DNA of 20,849 nucleotides from a virus (IMGVR_UViG_2778261244_000002:1-20849); one strand, 5' to 3'; shown: positions 1 through 9,060, counted from the stretch's first letter. A program made the numbers and translations. The notes: generated by a model not told the origin, from the letters alone.

Positions 1-1053
1 TTACGGGGTAATGCCAACCGCTGCCGCCACTTTGTCGCCACTTGGCAGCGTTGCCAGAGGATTGAAACGGAGCGCCGTTTCCAGATGATCCGGTGCCAGA
101 TGTGCGTAACGCATAGTCATTTTTATATCGTGGTGTCCGAGAATTTTTTGTAAGGCCAGAATGTTTCCACCCGACATCATGAAGTGCGCCGCAAACGTAT
201 GGCGCAGAACGTGTGTGAGTTGACCGCGAGGGAGCACGATAGACGTTTTTTCCATCACGGATAAAAATTGAAAATAGCAGTCTGTGAAGAAATTGAACCC
301 ATCAAGCGCCATGATCTCTTCGTAAAGCTCTTTACTGATAGGGATGCTTCTGTTTTTCTTCCCCTTCGTTCTTACAAAGGTAATTCGGTATTTGGTCACC
401 TGTGAACGAGTAAGATTTACGGCTTCTCGCCAGCGTGCGCCTGTGCTTAAGCATATCTTAACTACCAGTGCCAGAATTGGGTCCTGACGTTTGCAATCAG
501 CCAGTAATTCAACAATCTGCTCATGGGTAAGCCATGCCATCTCTTTTTCTGCGATGGTGAATTTTCGCATGTTCTCCAGTGGGTTCGGATACGACCATTC
601 GCCCAGGCGGGATAGTTCGCTAAAAACACTACTTAGATAGCTTTGCTCCAGGTTGATGGTGACCGGGCTTGCTCCTTTCTTCCATTTCTCGCTGAAGTAG
701 ATCTCACCTGTCAGGCGTTTATCTCGATAGTGGGCAAACATTTTAGAGGTTAGATCAGTTGCAAGGGGATTGCCCAGAGCGTCAACCATCAGCAGCAATT
801 TGTCATAGACATGCTGCCCAGCTGTCAGTGATTTACCATGTAGTTTGAACCATAGCTCAACCACGTCTTTCAGGGTTCGACGATCCACTGATTCGCCCAG
901 CCAGGGCTTTGATTCGGTTTCTTCCATCGTGTGACGCTCAAAAGCCAGAGCTTCGCCTTTGGTGGCGAATTGTTTACGCACACGACGCCCACTTCGTCCG
1001 GCGGGGTAACATTCGCAAAGCCATTTCCCTGTGGTGAGTTTTCGTACTGCCAT
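1..1053 (-). CDS. int: Phage integrase, tyrosine recombinase (P2 Int-like)
   Basis: Translation carries the C-terminal tyrosine-recombinase motifs (HVLRHTFAAHFMMSGGNILALQKILGHHDIKMTMRYAHL) and overall resembles P2 Int. Start chosen at the internal ATG 1051-1053 (MAVRKLTTGKW...), preceded by a GGAGGG RBS; the track ORF reaching 1209 is judged an upstream over-extension. Stop at 1-3. Confidence 0.9.
   Translation of the reverse strand: MAVRKLTTGKWLCECYPAGRSGRRVRKQFATKGEALAFERHTMEETESKPWLGESVDRRTLKDVVELWFKLHGKSLTAGQHVYDKLLLMVDALGNPLATDLTSKMFAHYRDKRLTGEIYFSEKWKKGASPVTINLEQSYLSSVFSELSRLGEWSYPNPLENMRKFTIAEKEMAWLTHEQIVELLADCKRQDPILALVVKICLSTGARWREAVNLTRSQVTKYRITFVRTKGKKNRSIPISKELYEEIMALDGFNFFTDCYFQFLSVMEKTSIVLPRGQLTHVLRHTFAAHFMMSGGNILALQKILGHHDIKMTMRYAHLAPDHLETALRFNPLATLPSGDKVAAAVGITP
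20..41 (+). repeat. Candidate att core (attL copy) inside the 3' end of int
   Basis: Partner of the 17995-18016 repeat; lies within the last codons of int. Confidence 0.5.
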
Positions 1054-1084
1054 AAAAAATGCCCTCCAGTAGAGAGCATTTTTA

Positions 1085-1100
1085 CTGTATATATAACCAG
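1085..1100. promoter_or_regulatory. Candidate LexA box upstream of int
   Basis: CTGTATATATAACCAG (CTGT-N8-CCAG, AT-rich spacer) 32-47 nt upstream of the int ATG; one mismatch to the CTGT-N8-ACAG consensus. Confidence 0.35.
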
Positions 1101-1241
1101 TGTCAATGTATGAAATCCTACGACCATACATCTCACTGAAGCCATAATGAAGTTGGCTATTCTTTTTGCTATGTGAGCATGTAACTTTTGCGGTTAACCT
1201 GCGGCTCATTTTTATTTTAGACGCAGATATAAAAGCAAAAG

Positions 1242-1433
1242 TTATCGTGAGTTTTTAGTACAGATTTTTTTGGATTTACTAATAGTTCCATCATTGCAAA
1301 CGAATTTGCCATCTGAGGTACAGTGAGAAACACCTCCCTTTTTCCCTGAGCAGGGATAATTTCTAGCATAGGTAGTTAGTGGGTTTAATAACAAAGAACA
1401 TGACAAAACCACAAAAAATACCTTACCAAGCAT
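1242..1433 (-). CDS. Small secreted cysteine-rich, lysine-rich protein (63 aa), moron between cI and int
   Basis: Strong RBS (GGGAGGAAACTATG on the minus strand). N-terminal hydrophobic signal-peptide-like segment ([23 protein letters not shown]) followed by a 40-aa Lys-rich region with 4 Cys. Same orientation as cI and int with a 15-nt gap to the cI stop. Region looks AT-rich by eye. Confidence 0.6.
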   Translation of the reverse strand: MLGKVFFVVLSCSLLLNPLTTYARNYPCSGKKGGVSHCTSDGKFVCNDGTISKSKKICTKNSR

Positions 1434-1448
1434 AGTTTCCTCCCGGTA

Positions 1449-2105
1449 CTATTTAACATACTTGACTGTTAAACTTATAATTTTACCAATTATTTCAATG
1501 TCTTCTATCTTGCATTCGAAGGCTCTGTTTCCACCCTCGACGAAGATTCTTCCACCGGGTAAACGAGTAATGTCACGGATCGTTATTTCGCCATCAATAC
1601 TTATTACCCATTTACCATCACGTATATCATCAAATTCTTTATCACAAATAAATTCAGAATTGTTATCTGTGATGACAAAAGGTTTTTTAAACGTAGAGGG
1701 TAGAAATCCCTTATCAAAAATATAAAAACCGTCTTTCTGCAATGCTCCATCAGACAATAAATATTTTTCTACTTCTATAGTATTTGTATTTGCTGATGCT
1801 TGCTTTGAACCATGCCCTGTTGTTAGCCAATTAAGCGAGGTGCCCGTTTCAAGGGCGCACTGGATTACCCAATCTGCTGGAAAAATATCACGCATATAGC
1901 GCGTTGCCATGGTGCTCTTAGAAACACCTAAATGATCACAGAGAGCCTGACGGGTACCGAACCCATATGCTTCAACTAAACGTTCTATGGCTTTCTTACC
2001 GCCGCTATTGAAATCCACAAGTCCTCCAAAGAAATCCAAAATTCGTTGACAGATTCCAAAAGCGATCTTAAAGTTGAGCCAGAAGTGTTCTTTTGGAGCC
2101 TTCAC
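1449..2105 (-). CDS. cI: 186-type CI immunity repressor (HTH N-terminal domain)
   Basis: N-terminal segment (ERLVEAYGFGTRQALCDHLGVSKSTMATRYMRD...CALETGTSLNWLTTGHG) resembles 186 CI. Divergent from the apl/cII operon and upstream of int. The first in-frame start is GTG at 2103-2105; the true start is uncertain (internal GTG or TTG possible). Confidence 0.8.
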   Translation of the reverse strand: MKAPKEHFWLNFKIAFGICQRILDFFGGLVDFNSGGKKAIERLVEAYGFGTRQALCDHLGVSKSTMATRYMRDIFPADWVIQCALETGTSLNWLTTGHGSKQASANTNTIEVEKYLLSDGALQKDGFYIFDKGFLPSTFKKPFVITDNNSEFICDKEFDDIRDGKWVISIDGEITIRDITRLPGGRIFVEGGNRAFECKIEDIEIIGKIISLTVKYVK

Positions 2106-2163
2106 TACTAATCACGACAAACAACGGCTCGCCACAAGCCATATCTAGAAGGAATGTTGCCTT

Positions 2164-2367
2164 ATGACACCTAACATTTCAATTACTCTGAATACACCAC
2201 ATGTCACAATCGAACGTTATAGCGAACTGACTGGCCTTTCTATTGATACGATTAACGACATGTTGGCTGATGGCCGACTACCTCGTCATCGTCTTCGTAA
2301 AGACAAAAAACGTGAAAAGGTAATGATTAACCTGGCTGCTCTGACTGTTGATGCTTTGTCTGCTTAA
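2164..2367 (+). CDS. apl: Apl/Cox-like excisionase and transcriptional regulator (67 aa)
   Basis: Small HTH-like protein ([22 protein letters not shown]), first gene of the rightward early operon and divergent from cI, as for 186 apl and P2 cox. Confidence 0.7.
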   Translation: MTPNISITLNTPHVTIERYSELTGLSIDTINDMLADGRLPRHRLRKDKKREKVMINLAALTVDALSA

Positions 2368-2431
2368 TAGATGTCTATTTTCGCAATAAGACGCTGAGTT
2401 CGATTTTGCGATAAGTTCGGAGTTGAAAACC

Positions 2432-2941
2432 ATGTTTGATTACCAAGTTTCCAAACATCCACATTTTGATGAAGCCTGTCGTGCATTCGCACTGCGCCAC
2501 AATCTGGTGCAACTGGCAGAACGTGCTGGCATGAATGTGCAGATTCTGCGGAACAAGCTGAACCCATCTCAACCTCATTTATTAACCGCACCAGAAATCT
2601 GGCTGCTTACCGATCTGACAGAAGATTCAACGCTGGTAGATGGTTTTCTGGCACAGATTCACTGCCTGCCATGTGTACCGATTAATGAGGTTGCAAAAGA
2701 GAAACTGCCGCATTACGTCATGAGCGCAACTGCAGAGATTGGACGTGTTGCAGCAGGTGCGGTATCTGGTGATGTAAAAACTAGTGCCGGTCGTCGTGAT
2801 GCTATCAGCAGCATTAACTCTGTAACACGACTGATGGCGCTGGCTGCTGTTTCATTGCAGGCCCGTTTACAGGCTAATCCTGCGATGGCGAGTGCAGTTG
2901 ATACCGTGACTGGCCTCGGTGCTTCATTCGGTTTGCTGTGA
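2432..2941 (+). CDS. cII: 186 CII-like lysogeny-establishment transcriptional activator
   Basis: Translation from [24 protein letters not shown]... is recalled as near-identical to 186 CII and gives the same 169-aa length; the ATG at 2432 is preferred over the track start at 2423. Confidence 0.85.
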   Translation: MFDYQVSKHPHFDEACRAFALRHNLVQLAERAGMNVQILRNKLNPSQPHLLTAPEIWLLTDLTEDSTLVDGFLAQIHCLPCVPINEVAKEKLPHYVMSATAEIGRVAAGAVSGDVKTSAGRRDAISSINSVTRLMALAAVSLQARLQANPAMASAVDTVTGLGASFGLL

Positions 2942-2948
2942 GGTGCTT

Positions 2949-3149
2949 ATGCTGACGAAAGAACCATCATTTGCATCGCTGCTGGTAAAACAAAGCCCGG
3001 CAATGCACTACGGTCACGGCTGGATCATGGGTGAGGATGGTAAACGCTGGCATCCGTGCCGTTCACAAGATGAATTGCTGGCAGAACTATCTACGAAAAA
3101 ACGGGGGAACAAATGGCTATTGAAGGCGCTGCGGCTACTGTTCCATTAA
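2949..3149 (+). CDS. Hypothetical early protein (position of 186 fil/dhr region)
   Basis: ATG at 2949 preceded by a GAGGTG RBS; identity not recognised, only positional analogy. Confidence 0.5.
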   Translation: MLTKEPSFASLLVKQSPAMHYGHGWIMGEDGKRWHPCRSQDELLAELSTKKRGNKWLLKALRLLFH

Positions 3150-3454
3150 GCCCCGGTGAACGCCTGAATGGACTTAATCACATAGCGGAATTAAGGGCGA
3201 AAGTTTTTGGCCTGAATATTGAGTCAGAGCTTGAGCGGTTTATTAAAGATATGCGTGATCCACGGGATATCAATAACGAACAAAATAAACGAGCACTGGC
3301 AGCCATATTCTTTATGGCAAAAATTCCGGCTGAACGTCATAGCATCAGCATCAATGAGCTGACCACTGACGAAAAGCGGGAGTTGATTAAAGCAATGAAT
3401 CATTTTCGTGCAGTGGTGAGCTTATTTCCCAGACGGCTAACCATGCCGAATTAA
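3113..3454 (+). CDS. Hypothetical early phage protein (113 aa)
   Basis: ORF with a GGGGGA RBS upstream of ATG 3113; overlaps the preceding ORF by 37 nt; no recognisable domain. Confidence 0.5.
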   Translation: MAIEGAAATVPLSPGERLNGLNHIAELRAKVFGLNIESELERFIKDMRDPRDINNEQNKRALAAIFFMAKIPAERHSISINELTTDEKRELIKAMNHFRAVVSLFPRRLTMPN

Positions 3455-3521
3455 CCAACTAATGAAATTAATGGCGTAAACCCGCCGGGCATCCCTTTAT
3501 CTAAATTCAGGAGAATTGATT

Positions 3522-3755
3522 ATGCGTAATATTGAAATCCTCACGACTAAAACCGGACCGGATGATGCAGGGCTTAATATTTTACTGACAGAGGCTCGTC
3601 TGGAAGAACGCCGGGCAAGGGCTGAAGCAATGGCAGCTCGCCTTGATAGCCTGGCGTGTCATATCTCATCCCGTCAGCTAAACCACGTGGAAGCGGCAGA
3701 ACTGCTGCGTGTGACTGCTGAAGCAATCCAGAACGAAGCGCAGGAGATCCACTAA
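3522..3755 (+). CDS. Small phage protein, possibly DUF2732-like (P2 orf80-83 region)
   Basis: ATG at 3522 with a CAGGAG RBS 9 nt upstream; the track start at 3516 is TTG. Alanine/arginine-rich, helical-looking. Family assignment is from memory only. Confidence 0.55.
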   Translation: MRNIEILTTKTGPDDAGLNILLTEARLEERRARAEAMAARLDSLACHISSRQLNHVEAAELLRVTAEAIQNEAQEIH

Positions 3756-3982
3756 TGGCTGATGCAATGGATCTCGTACAGCAGCGCGTTGAAGAAGAAC
3801 GCCAGCGCCATATCCGTGCTGCCCGTGCCAAAACACCGGGCGTGTCTCGCGTGCTTTGCATTGAGTGTGAAGCGCCAATTCCGCCAGCACGCCGCCGTGC
3901 CATTCCGGGAGTGCAGCTTTGCATTACCTGCCAGGAAATCGCAGAGCTGAAAGGCAAACATTACAACGGAGGTGCTGTATGA
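3755..3982 (+). CDS. TraR/DksA-family C4 zinc-finger protein
   Basis: CIECEAPIP...CITCQ gives a CxxC-N17-CxxC spacing typical of TraR/DksA zinc fingers; start overlaps the previous stop (TAATG). Confidence 0.7.
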
Positions 3983-4281
3983 CAAGGGCAGTGCGTATCC
4001 ATCAATTAAAAATTGCACCTAAGTATTTCAACGCTGTGGTTGCAGGTCAAAAGACGGCTGAACTTCGTAAAGACGATCGTGGCTATAAAGTTGGTGATGT
4101 TCTTTCTCTTTGCGAATGGAAGCATGGCGTATTTACGGGTAGGGAATGGGCCGCTGTTATCTCTCATGTGCTTCCGGTTAATGACGTCATGGCAGTTTCA
4201 GAACAATGGGTGATGCTATCAATTCGCCCATTAACCCCATTAGAAGCTTTAGGATATGTTATTGCAGGAGGTGCTGTATGA
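3979..4281 (+). CDS. ASCH/DUF3850-like small protein
   Basis: ATG at 3979 overlaps the upstream stop (ATGA); translation [42 protein letters not shown] resembles PUA-like ASCH/DUF3850 proteins common in P2-like early operons. Confidence 0.55.
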
Positions 4282-5135
4282 GCACCATCCTGAAATGGGC
4301 GGGTAATAAAACTGCCATTATGTCCGAACTGAAAAAACATCTTCCTGCTGGCCCGCGACTGGTTGAACCTTTCGCGGGTTCCTGTGCTGTGATGATGGAG
4401 ACGGATTACCCCAGCTATCTTGTTGCGGATATTAATCCTGATTTAATCAACCTCTATAAAAAGGTTGCTGCTGATTGCGAGGCGTTTATATCTCGTGCCA
4501 GAGCTTTATTTGAGGAAGCAAACAGGGAGGTGGCTTATTACAACATAAGGCAGGAGTTTAATTACTCCACTGAAATTACTGATTTCATGAAAGCGGTATA
4601 TTTCCTGTATCTCAATCGTCATGGTTACCGTGGGTTATGTCGTTATAACAAGAGCGGGCATTTCAACATTCCATACGGTAATTATAAAAATCCGTATTTC
4701 CCTGAAAAAGAAATTCGCGCATTTGCAGAGAAAGCCCAGCGAGCAACGTTTATCTGCGCCAGCTTTGATGAAACGCTGGCGATGCTGCAGGTGGGGGATG
4801 TGGTGTATTGCGATCCGCCTTATGACGGTACGTTTTCCGGCTATCACACTGACGGCTTCACTGAAGATGACCAGTATCACCTGGCATCTGTTCTTGAATA
4901 TCGATCATCAGAAGGTCATCCAGTCATTGTTTCTAACAGTGACACATCCCTGATCCGTTCGCTGTATCGAAATTTCACTCACCACTACATCAAGGCAAAA
5001 CGCAGCATCGGCGTGTCGGCTGGCGAGAGTAAATCTGCAACAGAAATCATTGCTGTTTCCGGGGCGCGCTGCTGGGTGGGATTTGATCCTTCGTGTGGCG
5101 TAGATAGTTCTGCTGTGTACGAGGTGCGTGTATGA
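4278..5135 (+). CDS. dam: DNA adenine (N6) methyltransferase, Dam family
   Basis: N-terminal ILKWAGNK...EPFAGSCAV (AdoMet-binding motif) and catalytic DPPY ([12 protein letters not shown]); ATG at 4278 overlaps the upstream stop and its own stop overlaps the A start (ATGA). Confidence 0.85.
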
Positions 5136-7546
5136 GTCATGACGATATGAGCAACTCTAGCGGCTTTAACGAGGCCGCTGCAGCATTTTCATGGAACGGC
5201 CCGAAAAAGGCCATTAACCCTTATCTGGACCCGGCGGAAGTTGCTCCGGAGTCTGCACTTTTAAACCTGATCACTCTGTACGCTGCCGATAATGAGCAGG
5301 AACAGCTGCGCCGCGATGCACTGAGTGAGCAGGTCTGGGAGCGTTATTTCTTTAATGAATCTCGTGATCCTGTCCAGCGCGAAATGGAGCAGGATAAGCT
5401 CATTAGCCGGGCAAAGCTAGCGCATGAACAGCAGCGTTTTAACCCGGACATGGTCATTCTGGCGGACGTCAGCGCCCAGCCCACCCATATTAGCAAGCCG
5501 CTGATGCAACGTATCGAATACTTCAGCAGCCTGGGCAGGCCAAAGGCTTATTCCCGCTATTTGCGTGAGACGATTAAGCCATGTCTGGAGCGACTGGATT
5601 GTGTACGTGACAGTCAGCTGTCTGCTTCTTTCCGTTTTATGGCAAGCCATCAAGGGCTGGAGGGCCTGCTGATTCTGCCTGAAATGAGTCAGGATCAGGT
5701 GAAACGCCTGTCCACCCTGGTAGCTGCGCATATGAGCATGTGCCTTGATGCAGCTTGTGGCGATTTGTATGCCACCGATGACGTTAAGCCAGAAGAAATC
5801 CGCAAGACATGGGAAAAGGTGGCGGCGGAAACCCTGCGTCTGGATGTCATCCCACCTGCGTTTGAGCAACTCCGTCGGAAAAGAAACCGCCGTAAACCCG
5901 TGCCCTATGAACTCATTCCGGGTTCGCTGGCGCGTATGTTGTGCGCCGACTGGTGGTATCGGAAATTATGGAAGATGCGTTGCGAATGGCGGGAAGAGCA
6001 GTTGCGTGCTGTCTGCCTGGTCAGCAAAAAAGCATCTCCCTATGTCAGCTATGAAGCCGTGATGCATAAACGTGAGCAGCGCCGTAAGTCGCTGGAGTTT
6101 TTCCGTTCTCATGAACTGGTGAACGAAGACGGCGACACGCTGGACATGGAGGATGTGGTAAACGCCAGCAGCAGCAACCCTGCGCATCGCCGCAATGAGA
6201 TGATGGCCTGTGTTAAAGGTCTGGAGCTTATCGCGGAAATGCGCGGTGACTGCGCCGTTTTCTACACTATCACCTGTCCGTCACGTTTCCATTCCACGCT
6301 CAACAACGGCAGACCCAACCCGACCTGGACAAATGCGACGGTAAGACAAAGCAGCGATTATATGGTCGGCATGTTTGCTGCATTTCGTAAGGCAATGCAC
6401 AAAACCGGGTTGCGCTGGTATGGCGTGCGGGTGGCTGAGCCGCACCATGACGGTACTGTGCACTGGCATCTCATGTGCTTCATGCGTAAAAAAGACCGCC
6501 GCGCCATCACTGCATTACTGCGTAAGTTTGCCATCCGTGTAGACCGCGAGGAGCTGGGCAACAACACGGGGCCACGCTTTAAGTCTGAGCTGATTAACCC
6601 GCGCAAAGGAACACCGACAAGCTACATCGCGAAATACATCAGTAAGAACATTGACGGGCGTGGTCTGGCTGGCGAGATCAGCAAGGAAACGGGTAAATCC
6701 CTGCGTGATAACGCCGAATACGTTAATGCCTGGGCGTCTCTGCATCGTGTTCAGCAGTTCCGCTTCTTTGGTATTCCGGGACGTCAGGCTTACCGTGAAC
6801 TTCGCTTGCTGGCTGGTCAGGCGGCAAGGCAACAGGGTGACAAAAAAGCAGGTGCGCCGATACTGGATGACCCGCGCCTTGATGCCATCCTGGCTGCTGC
6901 TGATGCTGGTTGTTTTGCCACCTACATCATGAAGCAGGGCGGCGTACTGGTTCCCCGTAAATATCACCTTATCAGAACCGCTTATGAAATCAACGAAGAG
7001 CCGACCGCCTATGGCGATCACGGCATTCGTATTTATGGCATCTGGTCACCCATTGCAGAGGGCAAGATCTGCACTCATGCAGTGAAGTGGAAAATGGTTC
7101 GTAAGGCCGTTGACGTTCAGGAGGCGGTAGCCGACCAGGGCGCTTGCGCCCCTTGGACTCGTGGCAATAACTGTCCCCTTGCTGAAAATTTGAACCAACA
7201 AGGGAAAGACAAATCAGCTGATGGGGACTCCAGAACGGATATTACCCGTATGAATGACAAGGAGTTGCATGATTACCTGCACAGTATGAGCAAAAAAGAG
7301 CGCCGGGAACTGGCTGCAAGGTTACGCCAGGTGAAACCGAAACGGCGTAAAGACTACAAACAGCGAATTACAGACCATCAGCGACAGCAGCTCGTCTATG
7401 AACTGAAGTCCAGGGGATTTGATGGCAGCGAGAAAGAAGTCGATTTGCTCCTTCGCGGCGGCAGTATTCCGTCAGGAGCAGGCCTGCGTATCTTCTATCG
7501 GAACCAGCGTCTGAAGGAAGATGATAAGTGGCGGAACCTATATTAA
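5132..7546 (+). CDS. A: Rolling-circle replication initiation endonuclease (P2 gpA-like)
   Basis: 804-aa protein with an HUH-type motif ([13 protein letters not shown]) and a tyrosine-containing YIAKYISK segment; lies between the early genes and the accessory region as in P2/186. Confidence 0.9.
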   Translation: MSHDDMSNSSGFNEAAAAFSWNGPKKAINPYLDPAEVAPESALLNLITLYAADNEQEQLRRDALSEQVWERYFFNESRDPVQREMEQDKLISRAKLAHEQQRFNPDMVILADVSAQPTHISKPLMQRIEYFSSLGRPKAYSRYLRETIKPCLERLDCVRDSQLSASFRFMASHQGLEGLLILPEMSQDQVKRLSTLVAAHMSMCLDAACGDLYATDDVKPEEIRKTWEKVAAETLRLDVIPPAFEQLRRKRNRRKPVPYELIPGSLARMLCADWWYRKLWKMRCEWREEQLRAVCLVSKKASPYVSYEAVMHKREQRRKSLEFFRSHELVNEDGDTLDMEDVVNASSSNPAHRRNEMMACVKGLELIAEMRGDCAVFYTITCPSRFHSTLNNGRPNPTWTNATVRQSSDYMVGMFAAFRKAMHKTGLRWYGVRVAEPHHDGTVHWHLMCFMRKKDRRAITALLRKFAIRVDREELGNNTGPRFKSELINPRKGTPTSYIAKYISKNIDGRGLAGEISKETGKSLRDNAEYVNAWASLHRVQQFRFFGIPGRQAYRELRLLAGQAARQQGDKKAGAPILDDPRLDAILAAADAGCFATYIMKQGGVLVPRKYHLIRTAYEINEEPTAYGDHGIRIYGIWSPIAEGKICTHAVKWKMVRKAVDVQEAVADQGACAPWTRGNNCPLAENLNQQGKDKSADGDSRTDITRMNDKELHDYLHSMSKKERRELAARLRQVKPKRRKDYKQRITDHQRQQLVYELKSRGFDGSEKEVDLLLRGGSIPSGAGLRIFYRNQRLKEDDKWRNLY

Positions 7547-7613
7547 TTACGCGGGTTAACAATTCGTGCTCTTAATAATACCAGGCATATCAGGCCGATG
7601 AACGTAAAAAAAC

Positions 7614-7660
7614 GTTTTACATCAGTAAGATTATTATATACTGTAAATATAAACAGTGGT
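7614..7660 (+). promoter_or_regulatory. SOS promoter with LexA box (CTGT-N8-ACAG at 7641-7656)
   Basis: TTTACA (-35-like) then TATACT overlapping CTGTAAATATAAACAG, a perfect CTGT-N8-ACAG LexA box about 45 nt upstream of the 7699 ATG. Confidence 0.7.
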
Positions 7661-7698
7661 TATGTGTACAGTATTGTTTTGGTGTCATAGGAGGAAAG

Positions 7699-7887
7699 AT
7701 GCAGGACTATTTTTTGGAGTCTTTGAAGCTCCAGCGCATTGATTTTTTTCTTAAGCTTGTAGCGGCTAGTGAGTGTAGTGATGAAGAGAAGGGGCTGGCT
7801 CTGCAGTGGGTTTCTGAATTGACTGATGAACTCATGGCAAAAATCAGAAGCCACGAATACAACCGCTCAATGGATGTCATCAGCTGA
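7699..7887 (+). CDS. Tum-like (antirepressor N-terminal part?) small protein, LexA-regulated
   Basis: Strong AGGAGG RBS; immediately downstream of the LexA box and 10 nt upstream of the DinI-like gene. Functional call is positional analogy to the 186 tum operon. Confidence 0.55.
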   Translation: MQDYFLESLKLQRIDFFLKLVAASECSDEEKGLALQWVSELTDELMAKIRSHEYNRSMDVIS

Positions 7888-7897
7888 GGTGACTTTT

Positions 7898-8131
7898 ATG
7901 CGCATTGAAATAATGATCGATAAAGAGCAGAAGATTAGCCAGTCTACCCTGGACGCCCTTGAATCCGAGCTTTACCGCAATCTGCGCCCCCTGTATCCCA
8001 AAACGGTAATTCGCATTCGCAAAGGTAGCTCTAACGGTGTGGAACTAACCGGACTGCAACTGGATGAAGAAAGAAAACAAGTGATGAAAATTATGCAGAA
8101 GGTGTGGGAGGACGACAGCTGGCTGCATTAA
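7898..8131 (+). CDS. dinI: DinI-family protein
   Basis: MRIEIMIDKEQKISQSTLDALESELYRNL...MKIMQKVWEDDSW aligns by eye with E. coli DinI (MRIEVTIAK...ALAGELSRR...ILQETWESADDW); GAGGTG RBS. Confidence 0.8.
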   Translation: MRIEIMIDKEQKISQSTLDALESELYRNLRPLYPKTVIRIRKGSSNGVELTGLQLDEERKQVMKIMQKVWEDDSWLH

Positions 8132-8137
8132 GATGTT

Positions 8138-8175
8138 GCCCCCAGGAGGATTCATTCTGATGGGGGCTAGTTTGG
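8138..8175 (+). terminator. Putative hairpin terminator after the dinI-like gene
   Basis: Inverted repeat GCCCCCA...TGGGGGC followed by TAGTTTG; weak T-tract. Confidence 0.35.
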
Positions 8176-8321
8176 GCAATGAGTGAAATAAGGCGTAAGG
8201 TGGGCGGTTATTTTGATAAGTGATCGTCCGCTTTGTGTCAGAAGCAGAAGTGGGAGTGTCTGAGACTCTCTAAAAGTTGATGATTCACTTACAAAACCAT
8301 TTTCCTGATGGATGCTTACAC

Positions 8322-8657
8322 TTACGAATGATCATTCTGTTTAGTCTTCATGAGAAAATCCCGAATCTTTGCCAAGTTTGAATTTTCGGGGATTGAATCC
8401 ATGTACGGATCACGCTCAAACACTAATTGCTCAGATTCAACGAAAGCCTGCCACTCTACTGGGTCTAGCTCAAATCCCATTGCTGTCATATCACTTTCAT
8501 CTTCCCCCTCGATCCAGTGGACTAAATAAAACAATTCATCATCAGGAGAATCATCCTCACCATCAACAATATCAACATCGGTTACAGTGATACGTAGGGT
8601 GGGATCGATTTTTGAGACATAAATTCCTAACTGTGGTATAGGGGGAATATTGTTCAT
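8322..8657 (-). CDS. Highly acidic hypothetical protein (111 aa)
   Basis: AAAGGAG RBS before the ATG at 8657; strongly acidic composition (GEDDSPDDE, EGEDESD); no recognised domain; oriented toward the dinI-like gene. Confidence 0.6.
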   Translation of the reverse strand: MNNIPPIPQLGIYVSKIDPTLRITVTDVDIVDGEDDSPDDELFYLVHWIEGEDESDMTAMGFELDPVEWQAFVESEQLVFERDPYMDSIPENSNLAKIRDFLMKTKQNDHS

Positions 8658-9036
8658 GGAAACTCCTTTTATTGGTGTTTGCTATTTGAATAAAAATACG
8701 CCAAACAGAGTGTTAACTGTGAATATGGAAAGAATCGTTGTAAGTACCCCGCTTAGGTGTCCCATTCTATTTTAGAGGTTCTCGTGCATATGGATTATGT
8801 TATCTGAAAGTTAACTTCCGCTTCCCGTTCACAGCGAACATTCATCTTTGTAAACCCGTATGATCCGTTTTTCAAGTGGCCATTCAGATACGGATTTTTA
8901 CTTCTTTGACAGTGCATGACTATGCTGCATGAAATCGCATGATCGATTGAGGATCGTCTTTGCTCAGATCTGCCAGAACTGGCGGGCTTTTGCTCATGTC
9001 ATGCATGTGCATGAAAACCACTGCATAAAGCGGGCA

Positions 9037-9060
9037 GGCGTGGCGGGGATACGAGCGCGC
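9037..9060 (+). other. cos-like GC-rich motif (tentative)
   Basis: GGCGTGGCGGGGATACGAGCGCGC resembles the start of the P2/186 cohesive end as remembered (GGCG[A/T]GGCGGGGAAAGCA...), within an otherwise AT-rich intergenic region; the match is partial. Confidence 0.25.

Noticed and set aside
870-1145. Track ORFs overlapping int (870-1145 minus, 931-1113 plus) and the 5' extension of int to 1209
   Set aside because: Embedded in or antisense to a well-supported integrase frame; the internal ATG at 1053 with an RBS gives a P2-Int-sized protein.
5417-7021. Several 70-170-aa ORFs in alternative frames within replication gene A
   Set aside because: Embedded within the 804-aa A frame, which has clear HUH endonuclease motifs; no independent signals.
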